Source: Acidimicrobiia bacterium (lineage in GTDB: Bacteria; Actinomycetota; Acidimicrobiia; Spongiisociales; ZC4RG35). Taken from it: a DNA stretch of 64,000 nt. The stretch spans positions 18,218-82,217 of the forward strand of contig DASPGH010000131.1 of NCBI GenBank assembly GCA_035620735.1. Reading direction: 5' to 3'. This document shows, in pieces, positions 20,439-29,139 of this stretch. Each line of letters opens with the position of its first letter. Within the stretch, counting starts at the first letter, position 1. Under the pieces are notes generated by a model that was not told where the DNA came from, ran no database searches, and saw only the letters and a list, made by a program, of their open reading frames with translations. The translations under genes were made by a program, and so were the position numbers.

Positions 20439-21221
20439 CTAACGGCCCTTCCATTCCGGATCGCGTTTCTCATTGAAGGCCGCGACTCCTTCGGCGAGAT
20501 CCTCGGTGCGAAATGCAATGGACTGGGACTGCCCCTCCCAGGCGAGGGCATCGGCAAAGCTCGTCTCGAACGAAGCGTTGAGACCCTGCTTGGCGAACAT
20601 CTGGCCGATGGGCGCTCCGGCCAGGAACGACTCCGCCACCTCCGATACCCGTGACTCCAGATCCGCCGCCGGCACGGCCTCCAGCGCCAGACCGAGCTCG
20701 ACCGCTTCCTGAGCGCCGACCAGCCGCCCGGTCAGTGCAAGTTCCTTGGCTCGTTGCAGACCGACGATCCTGGGGAGAAGCCATGTGCCGCCGAAGTCGA
20801 GGCTCAGCCCGCGGCGAACGAAGATCTCGGAGAATCGGGCGCGCTCGGTGGCGATAACCACATCACAACCCAGAGCGAGATTCATGCCGGCACCGACCGC
20901 CACGCCATCGACGGCGGCGATCGTCGGTTTGGTCGTCCGGTGAAGGGCGGTCGCGGCCCGGGCCACCACTTTCATCCGGCGGTGCCCGTCTGCCACGGAG
21001 TCGCCGGCTTTGAAACGTTCCGGGTCGAGATCCGCCCCGGCACAGAAGTCCCCGCCCGCGCCGGTCACCACCATGACCCGATCGGCGCTTTCCTCGAACT
21101 CCTCGAAGGCCTCGGCGAGCACCGGCCAACCGTCGGGTGAAGGGATCGCGTTCTTGCGCTCGGGCCGGTCGATCACGACCCACCGAACGCGGCCCCTCGT
21201 CTCGATTCTGAGCCACTCCAC
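20439..21221 (-). CDS. Enoyl-CoA hydratase/isomerase (crotonase fold)
   Basis: Crotonase motifs (VVTGAGGDFCAGADL ... AVDGVAVGAGMNLALGCD). Confidence 0.85.
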   Translation of the reverse strand: MEWLRIETRGRVRWVVIDRPERKNAIPSPDGWPVLAEAFEEFEESADRVMVVTGAGGDFCAGADLDPERFKAGDSVADGHRRMKVVARAATALHRTTKPTIAAVDGVAVGAGMNLALGCDVVIATERARFSEIFVRRGLSLDFGGTWLLPRIVGLQRAKELALTGRLVGAQEAVELGLALEAVPAADLESRVSEVAESFLAGAPIGQMFAKQGLNASFETSFADALAWEGQSQSIAFRTEDLAEGVAAFNEKRDPEWKGR

Positions 21222-21357
21222 GGACGTGACAGTAGACAGGCCCGGGATCGGGTTACCGTCTCGGCGTGGGTTTCAATCCGTTTCGAGAGCACGAGAAGAC
21301 CACGCTCGACATCGTCATGGTCGTTTTCGCCATTCTCGCCACCGTGGCGGTGATCGC

Positions 21358-21576
21358 ATGGGCGATATTCTCGGGGTGACCGTCATCCCCATCCAGCCCT
21401 ATCAGGCGGTCAAAGAGTACGTTTGCCCGGGCTGTGACAACACCATCCCGTCCGGGACCTTCCACCTCGTGGTGATCCCCGACGATGCCGTCGACATGCG
21501 TCGTCACTGGCACCACGGGTGCTGGCACAAGGAGTTGCGGCGTATCTACGGGCGAGCTCAGGCATCCCGTCGCTGA
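21358..21576 (+). CDS. Small (72-aa) putative zinc-ribbon protein (CPGC ... HHGCWH)
   Basis: GC3-rich ATG ORF. It is convergent with the ABC permease, overlapping its end by 19 nt. I recognise no family. Confidence 0.35.
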   Translation: MGDILGVTVIPIQPYQAVKEYVCPGCDNTIPSGTFHLVVIPDDAVDMRRHWHHGCWHKELRRIYGRAQASRR

Positions 21577-22337
21577 AGACCCCACCACATCAGGCCGAGA
21601 CCCAACAGCACCCACCCGGCCATGATCAGAAGGGCCTGCAAGAGTGACATGTCGCCGCCCGGGATCAGGGCGCCGAACGGGCTGTCGCTGGCGAGACCGA
21701 AGATCCCATTGGTGGCTGCGCTGAGCGAGATGTTCTCGTACAACTCGACGAAGGGGGCCAGGATCGAGTCCACGAACGACAGACCGAGCGCGATCGCCAT
21801 GGCGGATGGGATCGATCGGGTCAACCCTATGGCACCCAGACCGATCGATGTCCAGGCCGCTGCGATGACCAGGAACTTCCACACCAGCCCCAGCCACTCC
21901 GAGACCGCCAATGAACCGGTTCCATCGGCGAAGAGGAACGTCGCAATCGACCAGACGGCGGTCCCGACCAGCAAGGCCAACCACGAACCGACGGTGAAGA
22001 CCCCGAACTTCGAGACTATGTGACGCAACTTGCGCGACTCCCGGGCCAGCGAAGTCGCCCACGCCGTGGTCGCCAGCTCGCCTCCGAACACCGCAGTGGC
22101 GAGGATGACTGCAAACCACCAGGCCTGCCCGGCCACCTGCTGGGCTCCGAAGATGAAGGCCGCAGGACGCTGAGGAACGACCGCCGCTCCGCCTCCTCCC
22201 GCCGATTCGGGCAGCGCCGGCAGCACCAGGAAGAACAAGACCCCGAAAAAGCCCATCAGGATCCCGAGGATCAGGGTCATCACGGGGAACAGCTTGCGAC
22301 GTGTGACCTTGAGATACTCGGCGTGGAGCAGGCTCAC
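21558..22337 (-). CDS. ABC-2 type transporter permease
   Basis: 259 aa with about 6 TM helices, translationally coupled to the ATPase immediately upstream. The overlapping 365-aa ORF at 21253..22350 in another frame is rejected. Confidence 0.7.
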   Translation of the reverse strand: MSLLHAEYLKVTRRKLFPVMTLILGILMGFFGVLFFLVLPALPESAGGGGAAVVPQRPAAFIFGAQQVAGQAWWFAVILATAVFGGELATTAWATSLARESRKLRHIVSKFGVFTVGSWLALLVGTAVWSIATFLFADGTGSLAVSEWLGLVWKFLVIAAAWTSIGLGAIGLTRSIPSAMAIALGLSFVDSILAPFVELYENISLSAATNGIFGLASDSPFGALIPGGDMSLLQALLIMAGWVLLGLGLMWWGLQRRDA

Positions 22338-23260
22338 ATGTCACCTTCACCAGTTATGCCCAGAAAGACCGACTCCAGGGTGCTGCGCGCCTGTTTGACC
22401 TCACTGGGGTAAATCGACGCATCGGCCAGCGCTTTCACGATGTCTGAGCCGTCGGAGGCTTCGACCAGCACCCCCTGGTCGTCGACGGAGGTTCCCATCC
22501 CTTGGGCGGTGAGGACTCGAACTGCACCCTCCGTGTCGGCAACGACCACGCGTATCCGACCGTCGCCCAGGAGCTGGTCCAGGGGCCCCTGCGACACGAG
22601 ACGTCCCTGGCTGATCACGACGACATAGTCGGCAAGAGCCTCGATATCGGCGAGATCGTGGCTGCTCACCACCACGCTCTTTCCCTCATCGGCAAGGGAG
22701 CGGAGACGCGCTCGAAACGCCATCTGCCCGGCGGGGTCGAGCCCGTCGAGGGGCTCGTCGAGGATCAGCAGCTCCGGATCGCCCAGCATGGCTGCAGCCA
22801 AAGCGAGCCGTTGTCTCATCCCCTTGGAGTAGTCACCCAGTTTGCGACCGGCGTCGGCGGTGAGACCGACGAAATCGAGCTGGTCGTCGATGCGGTCGTG
22901 GCCGAAGCCGAGGGTGTCGGCGGCGACCTCGAGATTCACCCTTCCGCTGAGCGCTTTGACAAGACCCGGCTCCTCGACGATGACCCCGATCCTCTTCACG
23001 ATCTCGGGGAGACCTGACGGCACATCCATCCCTAGCACCTCGATGGCGCCTTCGTCGGGGCGGGTTAGACCGAGTATCGAGCGAAAGGTCGTGGTCTTGC
23101 CGGCCCCGTTGGGACCGAGGAACCCGGTGATCCGGCCCCCGGGTATCTCGAAGTCGAGACCACTCAGGGCCTGCGTGGACCCGTAGCGCTTGTGGAGATT
23201 GCTGACCCTGACGACGGGGGATCCCGTGGACATCGAAGCGAGAGGATAGGAAACGGTCAT
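22334..23260 (-). CDS. ABC transporter ATP-binding protein
   Basis: Walker A (GPNGAGKTT), ABC signature and Walker B (LSGGQ-like, LLILDEP) are present. It overlaps the permease start by 4 nt. Confidence 0.9.
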   Translation of the reverse strand: MTVSYPLASMSTGSPVVRVSNLHKRYGSTQALSGLDFEIPGGRITGFLGPNGAGKTTTFRSILGLTRPDEGAIEVLGMDVPSGLPEIVKRIGVIVEEPGLVKALSGRVNLEVAADTLGFGHDRIDDQLDFVGLTADAGRKLGDYSKGMRQRLALAAAMLGDPELLILDEPLDGLDPAGQMAFRARLRSLADEGKSVVVSSHDLADIEALADYVVVISQGRLVSQGPLDQLLGDGRIRVVVADTEGAVRVLTAQGMGTSVDDQGVLVEASDGSDIVKALADASIYPSEVKQARSTLESVFLGITGEGDM

Positions 23261-23272
23261 CCGGTCAACAAT

Positions 23273-23602
23273 TCACCACGTGCCACCGGGCACCCAATGA
23301 ACCTCCACCCCCCAATCACGAAGGCCGACGCCCACCAGATCGACACGGGCAACACCGAGCTTGCGGGCAAGGGAAGCGACCCGGCGTCGCTTGGCTCTGT
23401 TCACGGCGTCGATCGGATCCCCTGACCCTGTGATAGTGCGCACCTCTATCGCGACCCGAATGTCCTCGTCGCGGACGATGAGATCGATCTCCCCGTCGTC
23501 GAGGATGACGTTGCGCCGTTCGATGATGAGTCCCTGCTCGGTCAGCCAGTGTGCCGCGATCCATTCTCCGGCCGCGCCGATCCGAGGACGGTGATCCGTC
23601 AG
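23273..23602 (-). CDS. yraN: YraN (UPF0102) family endonuclease-like protein
   Basis: Conserved core (GAAGEWIAAHWLTEQGLIIERRNVILDDGEIDLIVRDEDIRVAIEVRT). The track ORF continues to 23962. The start is uncertain, and only a CTG overlaps the DUF2469 stop. Confidence 0.65.
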   Translation of the reverse strand: MTDHRPRIGAAGEWIAAHWLTEQGLIIERRNVILDDGEIDLIVRDEDIRVAIEVRTITGSGDPIDAVNRAKRRRVASLARKLGVARVDLVGVGLRDWGVEVHWVPGGTW

Positions 23603-23946
23603 AGCTTGAGCTCTGTCTTCTCCAGCTTCTCCACGTTCACGTCGCGGAATGTGAGCACCTGGACTTTCTCGAGAAAACGTGCCGGCCGGAACATGTCCCA
23701 GACCCAGGCATCGGTCATGGTGACCTCGAAGTACGTCGAGCCCTCGGTGTTCTTCACCTCGACATCGACCTTGTTGGCGAGGTAGAAGCGACGCTCGGTC
23801 TCGACAACGAACTCGAACATCGGGAGGACGTCGTGGTACTCCTTGTAGAGCTTGAGCTCGACCTCGGTCTCGTAACGCTCCAGGTCTTCGTCCATTGTCT
23901 CCTCGACTCTCACAGCTAGGTGATACCGCCGGGCGATGATATGCAC
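23599..23946 (-). CDS. DUF2469-family conserved actinobacterial protein
   Basis: 115 aa with GC3-rich codon usage, in the conserved position between lepB and yraN. Confidence 0.65.
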   Translation of the reverse strand: MHIIARRYHLAVRVEETMDEDLERYETEVELKLYKEYHDVLPMFEFVVETERRFYLANKVDVEVKNTEGSTYFEVTMTDAWVWDMFRPARFLEKVQVLTFRDVNVEKLEKTELKL

Positions 23947-24010
23947 GGCCAGGATTTAACAACTACATGTATCCAGGGAAGATTTCCAGGGTTACGGCCC
24001 GGGACGGACC

Positions 24011-24664
24011 TCAGAGACCACCGAAGTTGGATACGGGCCAGATGATGACGAAGGCCCGGCCAACCAGAGCCTCGTACTCGATGTTGCCGAACCGTCGGCT
24101 GTCGAAGCTGAATTCGCGGTTGTCCCCCATCACGAACACCTCATCCTGACCCACCGTGAACGGGCCGGCGTCAGGCATGATGACGTCCTCGTCCAGATAG
24201 GGCTCCGCCAGGGCGACACCGTCGATGTGGACCTGACTGTCCGAGATCGTGATGGTGTCACCCGGAAGCCCGATCACCCGTTTGATCAGATCGTCGTGAC
24301 CACGTGTGCGGATCCCGATCGCCTCCATGACGGATCGGATCACCGCCTCGGGTATCGACTCCTCTTCTTCCGGCTCAGCCGGGTCGCGGAACACGACGAT
24401 GTCTCCCCGTTGCGGCTCACCGAATCTGAAGGCGAGCTTGTTGACCATGACCCGGTCGTTGACGTGGATCGTGTCCAGCATCGACTCGGAAGGGATCCAG
24501 AAAGGCTGGACGAGGAAGGTCTTTATCAGTACCGCGATGACCAGGGCTGTGAGCAACAGTCCTGGCAGTTCCGCCCAGAACGACCGCTTCTTGGCCCGTC
24601 GACGTTTGGGGGCCGCCTCATCCGGTCGTGATTCCTCAGCCGGGTCGAGCTCGTAGCCCTCCAA
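24011..24664 (-). CDS. lepB: Signal peptidase I
   Basis: TM anchor, then the catalytic Ser box (IPSESMLDT) and Lys box (KRVIGLPGD), and a GDNR motif. Confidence 0.9.
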   Translation of the reverse strand: MEGYELDPAEESRPDEAAPKRRRAKKRSFWAELPGLLLTALVIAVLIKTFLVQPFWIPSESMLDTIHVNDRVMVNKLAFRFGEPQRGDIVVFRDPAEPEEEESIPEAVIRSVMEAIGIRTRGHDDLIKRVIGLPGDTITISDSQVHIDGVALAEPYLDEDVIMPDAGPFTVGQDEVFVMGDNREFSFDSRRFGNIEYEALVGRAFVIIWPVSNFGGL

Positions 24665-24687
24665 GTGGCGACCGCGCTGTCCGGAAC

Positions 24688-25032
24688 TCAGTCGCGGAGC
24701 TCCTTGATACGGGCGGACTTACCGACCCGATCACGGAGGTAGTACAGCTTGGAGCGGCGGACGTCACCCTTACGGACCACTTCGATCTTCGAGATGATCG
24801 GGGCATGGACCGGGAACACTCGCTCCACGCCGACGCCGAAGCTCAGCTTTCGCACCGTGAACGTGGCCCTGGACCCACTGCCGTTGCGGGCCAGAACCAC
24901 ACCTTCGAAGACCTGGATGCGCTCCCGGCCGCCTTCCACCACGCGCACATGGACTTTGACGTTGTCGCCAGCCCTGAACTCGGGGATGTCGTCGCGAACA
25001 TGCGCGTTTTCTACGGCTTGAAGATCGTTCAT
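24688..25032 (-). CDS. rplS: 50S ribosomal protein L19
   Basis: 114 aa with full-length L19 similarity ([15 protein letters not shown] ... RVFPVHAP). Confidence 0.95.
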   Translation of the reverse strand: MNDLQAVENAHVRDDIPEFRAGDNVKVHVRVVEGGRERIQVFEGVVLARNGSGSRATFTVRKLSFGVGVERVFPVHAPIISKIEVVRKGDVRRSKLYYLRDRVGKSARIKELRD

Positions 25033-25089
25033 GGAGAGCTCCTAGGAACATCCGGGAGAGGTCGATCGGGTCCCGGTCGGCGAATTCTA

Positions 25090-25770
25090 TCAGCTATCGG
25101 AATCCGTGCCATTCGAGAGAAGGTCGGGTCGACGCTCTCTGGTTCGCTGCAAACGCTGTGTTTCACGCCAGTTCTCGATCAGGGCGTGATCACCGCTCAG
25201 CAGGACTTCTGGAACCCTCATTCCCTCGTATTCGGCGGGACGTGTGTACACCGGTTCCTCGAGAAGCCCATTCCGAAACGACTCCTTCTCGGTCGACTCC
25301 GGGTTGCCGACGACGCCGGGGAGCAGTCGCGCCACCCCTTCGATGGCCGCGGCGGCCGCCACCTCCCCGCCGGCCAACACGTAGTCGCCGAGGCTTGTCT
25401 CCTCGTCGATGTAACGGTCGACCACCCGCTGATCGACCCCCTCGAAGCGCCCACAGACGAAAGTGACATGTGCGGCGGACGCCCAATCGTCCAGTGTGTC
25501 CTGGGTCATCGGTCGCCCGGACGGCGAGAAGAGAACACGATGAGTGCCGTCCAGTGGCCGCAACGCGGCTGCCAGCGGCTCGACCATCATCACCATCCCG
25601 GGCCCGCCGCCGAACGGTGTGTCGTCGAGTTGTCGGTGCTTCCCGATCCCGTGTTCACGCAGGTCGACCAGGTCGACCTGGAGAGCACCATCCTCGATGG
25701 CTCTTCCCACGATGGACGTCTGCAACGGCCCGTCGAAGTAGCCGGGGAACATGGTGACAACGGTGATCTT
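25090..25770 (-). CDS. trmD: tRNA (guanine37-N1)-methyltransferase
   Basis: SPOUT-knot motifs (ITVVTMFPGYF ... DDTPFGGGPGMVM ... LAGGE). The conserved N-terminus begins about 45 codons into the track ORF (25090..25905). Confidence 0.9.
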   Translation of the reverse strand, partial: KITVVTMFPGYFDGPLQTSIVGRAIEDGALQVDLVDLREHGIGKHRQLDDTPFGGGPGMVMMVEPLAAALRPLDGTHRVLFSPSGRPMTQDTLDDWASAAHVTFVCGRFEGVDQRVVDRYIDEETSLGDYVLAGGEVAAAAAIEGVARLLPGVVGNPESTEKESFRNGLLEEPVYTRPAEYEGMRVPEVLLSGDHALIENWRETQRLQRTRERRPDLLSNGTDSDS

Positions 25771-25853
25771 CACCGCCCGCAGGGTAGGACGCAGGGCACG
25801 CGTCTCGAGCGTGTGCAGATACGTTGCTGTGACGCCGTTATCTGCACACGCTG

Positions 25854-27017
25854 TTAGCTCAGACGCTCCACGATCATTGCCATCCCCTGGCCACCGCCGA
25901 CACACATGGTCTCGAGACCGAGACTGCCGTCGAGGGTGCGAAGATCGTTGAGGAGCGTGCCCATGATGCGGGCACCGGTCATCCCGAACGGGTGGCCCAG
26001 CGCGATCGCCCCGCCGTGGGGGTTGAGCTTGTCCATCTCGATCCCCAACTCACCGACACAGGCGAGCACCTGGGCGGCGAAGGCCTCGTTCAGCTCGACG
26101 ACGTCGATGTCATCGAGGGTCATCCCGGTCATGTCGAGCACCTTGCGCACCGCAAAGACCGGGCCCATCCCCATGTACTCCGGCTCCAGACCGGCGACGG
26201 ACGATGCAACTATGCGGGCCAGTGGTTGCAACCCGAGCTCGGCAGCCCTCTCTTCGGCCATCACCAGGACAGCCGCCGACCCGTCGTTGAGTGGGCACGA
26301 GTTGCCTGCAGTGACAGTTCCCTGGGGGTCGAAGACCGGGGGCAAGGTCGCCAGCCTCTCCAACGTGGTGTTGGGACGGGGACCGTCGTCGTCCCTGATG
26401 GTGCGGCCGTCGGGAAGGTCGATCGGGGTTATCTCCCGGTCGAAGAACCCGTTCTTTTGAGCCTCCACGGCTCGGTCCTGGGAGCGCTTCCCGAACTCGT
26501 CCTGACGTTCGCGGCTGACCCCGTACTTCTTGGCCACGTTCTCGGCGGTGTTCCCCATCGGGATGTAGACGTTGTTGATGTAGTCATCACGGTCGGGGTC
26601 GGTGAAACGGGGGTTGAGGTCGTCGGAGTCCATGGCCTTGCCATAGGTCCGGCTCACCGACTCGGTTCCCGCCGCGACGTAGGTGTCGCCCTCTCCCCTT
26701 TCGATTGCGTGGTATGCCATGCGAATCGTCTGCAACGACGAGGCGCAGAATCGGTTGACAGTGGTTGCCGGCACCGTGTCCGGCATGCCCCCGAGCAACG
26801 AAGCGGGTCGGGCGAGGTTGAAGCCCTGTTCGTGGTGGGTGAGACCACACCCGAGCATCACATCGTCGACCGAGCCACGGTCGACCTCGGGAACCTTCTC
26901 CATCAGCGCGTCAATGGCGAATCCGGCCAGGTCGTCCGCCCTGACGTCAATCAACGATCCCTTGTAAGCACGGCCGATCGGAGAGCGGGCAGTGGCGACG
27001 ATGACTGCGGTGGACAC
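25854..27017 (-). CDS. Acetyl-CoA C-acyltransferase (thiolase)
   Basis: Thiolase Cys and His regions (NRFCASSLQ ... GHPFGMTGAR ... CVGGGQGMA). Confidence 0.9.
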   Translation of the reverse strand: MSTAVIVATARSPIGRAYKGSLIDVRADDLAGFAIDALMEKVPEVDRGSVDDVMLGCGLTHHEQGFNLARPASLLGGMPDTVPATTVNRFCASSLQTIRMAYHAIERGEGDTYVAAGTESVSRTYGKAMDSDDLNPRFTDPDRDDYINNVYIPMGNTAENVAKKYGVSRERQDEFGKRSQDRAVEAQKNGFFDREITPIDLPDGRTIRDDDGPRPNTTLERLATLPPVFDPQGTVTAGNSCPLNDGSAAVLVMAEERAAELGLQPLARIVASSVAGLEPEYMGMGPVFAVRKVLDMTGMTLDDIDVVELNEAFAAQVLACVGELGIEMDKLNPHGGAIALGHPFGMTGARIMGTLLNDLRTLDGSLGLETMCVGGGQGMAMIVERLS

Positions 27018-27065
27018 TTGAACCTCGATTCATCCAGACGATCTTGAGCGAGCACTCAAACTCTA

Positions 27066-27947
27066 GTGGGCAGGCATACTCTGCGAGGCATGAGGAGGAG
27101 ATCCGTCTGGATACTGGTCGCGCTGGCGACGAGCGCCTGCGCCGGCGTCGACATCACGACCTCGACAACTAGTGCTGCCATCAGTACATCTTCTCCGACA
27201 CCCACCTCGACACTCCCTCCTGTCGTCGACTGTCCCGGAGCTGGTGACTTCGGCGAAGGAAGCGGAATCGCACGGGTGGAGGAGGAGGGCTCGGACGCTA
27301 CCCGACTCGGAAGACTGTCATGGGAGAGGTCGGAGCAATGCGAGAGTTTCGTCTTCGAGTTCGAGACCTCGGAGGGAGCACCGGCCACGTCTGTCCCGGA
27401 CATCTCCGTCGACCATCTCCCGTCGCTGCAGGTGATCCGGATCTCGATGGGCGTCACCTCGTCGGTGATCACGGACCAACTGGTCGAGACCGACACGGTC
27501 GATCGCCTCTATGTCGTGACGTCGCTCGACGGTGCGATGTTCGTAGACCTCCATCTGAAGACCCCGGCAGCGGCGAGAGCGAGGGTCCAATCCTCCCCTG
27601 GCGTACTCACCATCGACCTGAGACCGGGTTTCCTGGATTTCAACGGAGTGTCGACGGGAAATGAGCTCGTGGTCTTGGTGGACCCGCCCACCGGGAGTGA
27701 GGTCGGCAACGTGACCACATTCTCTGGTTACACCCGCGCCGTCGACTCGGCTGTAATGGTCATCGTCACCCAAGGCGACACGGTGATCACCGAGACAACG
27801 ACCACTGCTGCCGACTCATCTGACGGCTGGGGAGAGTTCGAGGTCGAGTTGATCCTGCCCCAGGGCAACACGGAGGTGTTTCTCGGTGAGTCGGACCCCG
27901 AGAACGGCGGTCTCAGTGGGGTGATTCTCGATCTGACGGTGAGCTGA
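27066..27947 (+). CDS. Secreted protein or lipoprotein of unknown function
   Basis: Signal peptide (RRRSVWILVALATSACAG) followed by a Thr/Ser-rich linker. I recognise no family. Confidence 0.55.
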   Translation: MGRHTLRGMRRRSVWILVALATSACAGVDITTSTTSAAISTSSPTPTSTLPPVVDCPGAGDFGEGSGIARVEEEGSDATRLGRLSWERSEQCESFVFEFETSEGAPATSVPDISVDHLPSLQVIRISMGVTSSVITDQLVETDTVDRLYVVTSLDGAMFVDLHLKTPAAARARVQSSPGVLTIDLRPGFLDFNGVSTGNELVVLVDPPTGSEVGNVTTFSGYTRAVDSAVMVIVTQGDTVITETTTTAADSSDGWGEFEVELILPQGNTEVFLGESDPENGGLSGVILDLTVS

Positions 27948-28605
27948 GCCCTTCGATCTCGAGCAGTTCGATGTAGCCCTCGTCGAGATCGACCACCGGT
28001 ACGAGCTCGTCGACGAACGGGACCTCGAACGTGTTGCCCGCTCGCTCGATCACCAGTCGGTCCTGTGCCGGACCGTGACTCACCGCGGTGACCACACCGC
28101 CACCGGGCCGCACCTCGAGCCCGACCAGGTCCTCCGGCCAGTACTCCCTCTCGGACAGACTCCGACGCTCGGAAACCGAGACTTCGCTCCCTCTGATGGC
28201 CTCGGCCCCTTCGCGTGACGTCACCTCGCTGAATGCGATCTGATGGCCCTTCTTGCCCCGTCGGATGGCGCGGACTGTGTAGGGCTCTCCGCCTACCCGG
28301 ACCGTGCTCTCCGGCTGGAGATGAACCAGGTCTTCGTCGTCGACATAGATCCCGATGAACCCGTCCAGCCCGTTGGGCTTGCCTAGAAAACCGACAACAT
28401 GAGGGGGGACGACCCCCCTCGAACCCTCCGCCGCGGCTTCGCTGCGGGATGAGGGCTGTTGGTCTTCAGTCGAGGAATTCGACCCCAGCGTTGATCCCCT
28501 CTTCCTCGCCGGCTGCGCCGGCGGCGGCGCGAATCGCCTTGGCGACACGACCGCGACGGCCGATGACGCGTCCCATGTCCGACTTGGCGGTGCGGACTTC
28601 TGCAA
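27913..28605 (-). CDS. rimM: 16S rRNA processing protein RimM
   Basis: Conserved core (VVGFLGKPNGLDGFIGIYVDDED ... PRC-barrel). The canonical start at 28605 overlaps the KH gene by about 140 nt, and no ATG/GTG/TTG lies nearer the conserved N-terminus. The start is unresolved. Confidence 0.75.
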   Translation of the reverse strand: MQKSAPPSRTWDASSAVAVVSPRRFAPPPAQPARKRGSTLGSNSSTEDQQPSSRSEAAAEGSRGVVPPHVVGFLGKPNGLDGFIGIYVDDEDLVHLQPESTVRVGGEPYTVRAIRRGKKGHQIAFSEVTSREGAEAIRGSEVSVSERRSLSEREYWPEDLVGLEVRPGGGVVTAVSHGPAQDRLVIERAGNTFEVPFVDELVPVVDLDEGYIELLEIEGLSSPSDRESPH

Positions 28606-28723
28606 CGAACTCGTCAGGCCCCTGCTCGACCAGGGTGACCTGAACCGCGTCCGAGTCTTCGACGATGCTCTTCACCACGTAGGTGACGACTCGTTCGACG
28701 ATCTCTCCCTTGGCCACCTTCAC
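28466..28723 (-). CDS. KH-domain RNA-binding protein (YlqC-like)
   Basis: 85 aa with the KH GxxG motif (MGRVIGRRGRVAKAIR), between rpsP and rimM. Confidence 0.8.
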   Translation of the reverse strand: MKVAKGEIVERVVTYVVKSIVEDSDAVQVTLVEQGPDEFVAEVRTAKSDMGRVIGRRGRVAKAIRAAAGAAGEEEGINAGVEFLD

Positions 28724-29121
28724 TCCTCCTCGGTGCCGGCGTCGCCGGTCGGTGATTCGTCAGAGTCTGCGACCTCCCCGGGCTCGGCCGGTTCGTCGAC
28801 GACGGGAGCGACCGCGGTCGGGGCGGTCTGCTTGTCGACACCCACGACATGAATCCCACCCGCCTGGATCTTCATGGTGTTCATTGCCCCAGAGATGTTC
28901 AGCAACTTCTCGACGGTCTCCGAAGGTTGAGCACCCTTGGACAACCAGTCGACGGCGCGCTCATTGTCGATCTCGACGATCGACGGATCCTCCCGGGCGT
29001 CGTATCGCCCGATCTGCTCGATGTACCGACCATCGCGCGGGGCACGCTGGTCCATGACGACGACGCGGTACACGGGCTGCTTCTTCTTGCCCATCCGCAT
29101 CAGTCTCAGCCTGACAGCCAT
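28720..29121 (-). CDS. rpsP: 30S ribosomal protein S16 with an acidic C-terminal tail
   Basis: S16 N-terminus (MAVRLRLMRMGKKKQPVYRVVV). Confidence 0.9.
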   Translation of the reverse strand: MAVRLRLMRMGKKKQPVYRVVVMDQRAPRDGRYIEQIGRYDAREDPSIVEIDNERAVDWLSKGAQPSETVEKLLNISGAMNTMKIQAGGIHVVGVDKQTAPTAVAPVVDEPAEPGEVADSDESPTGDAGTEEE

Positions 29122-29139
29122 CAATTCACCTCTATCGGG

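Noticed and set aside
21253-22350. 365-aa minus-strand ORF overlapping the ABC-2 permease
   Set aside because: It is in a different frame of the same strand as the well-supported permease, with Arg/Gly/Pro-rich composition. The permease frame shows about 6 TM helices and couples to the ATPase.
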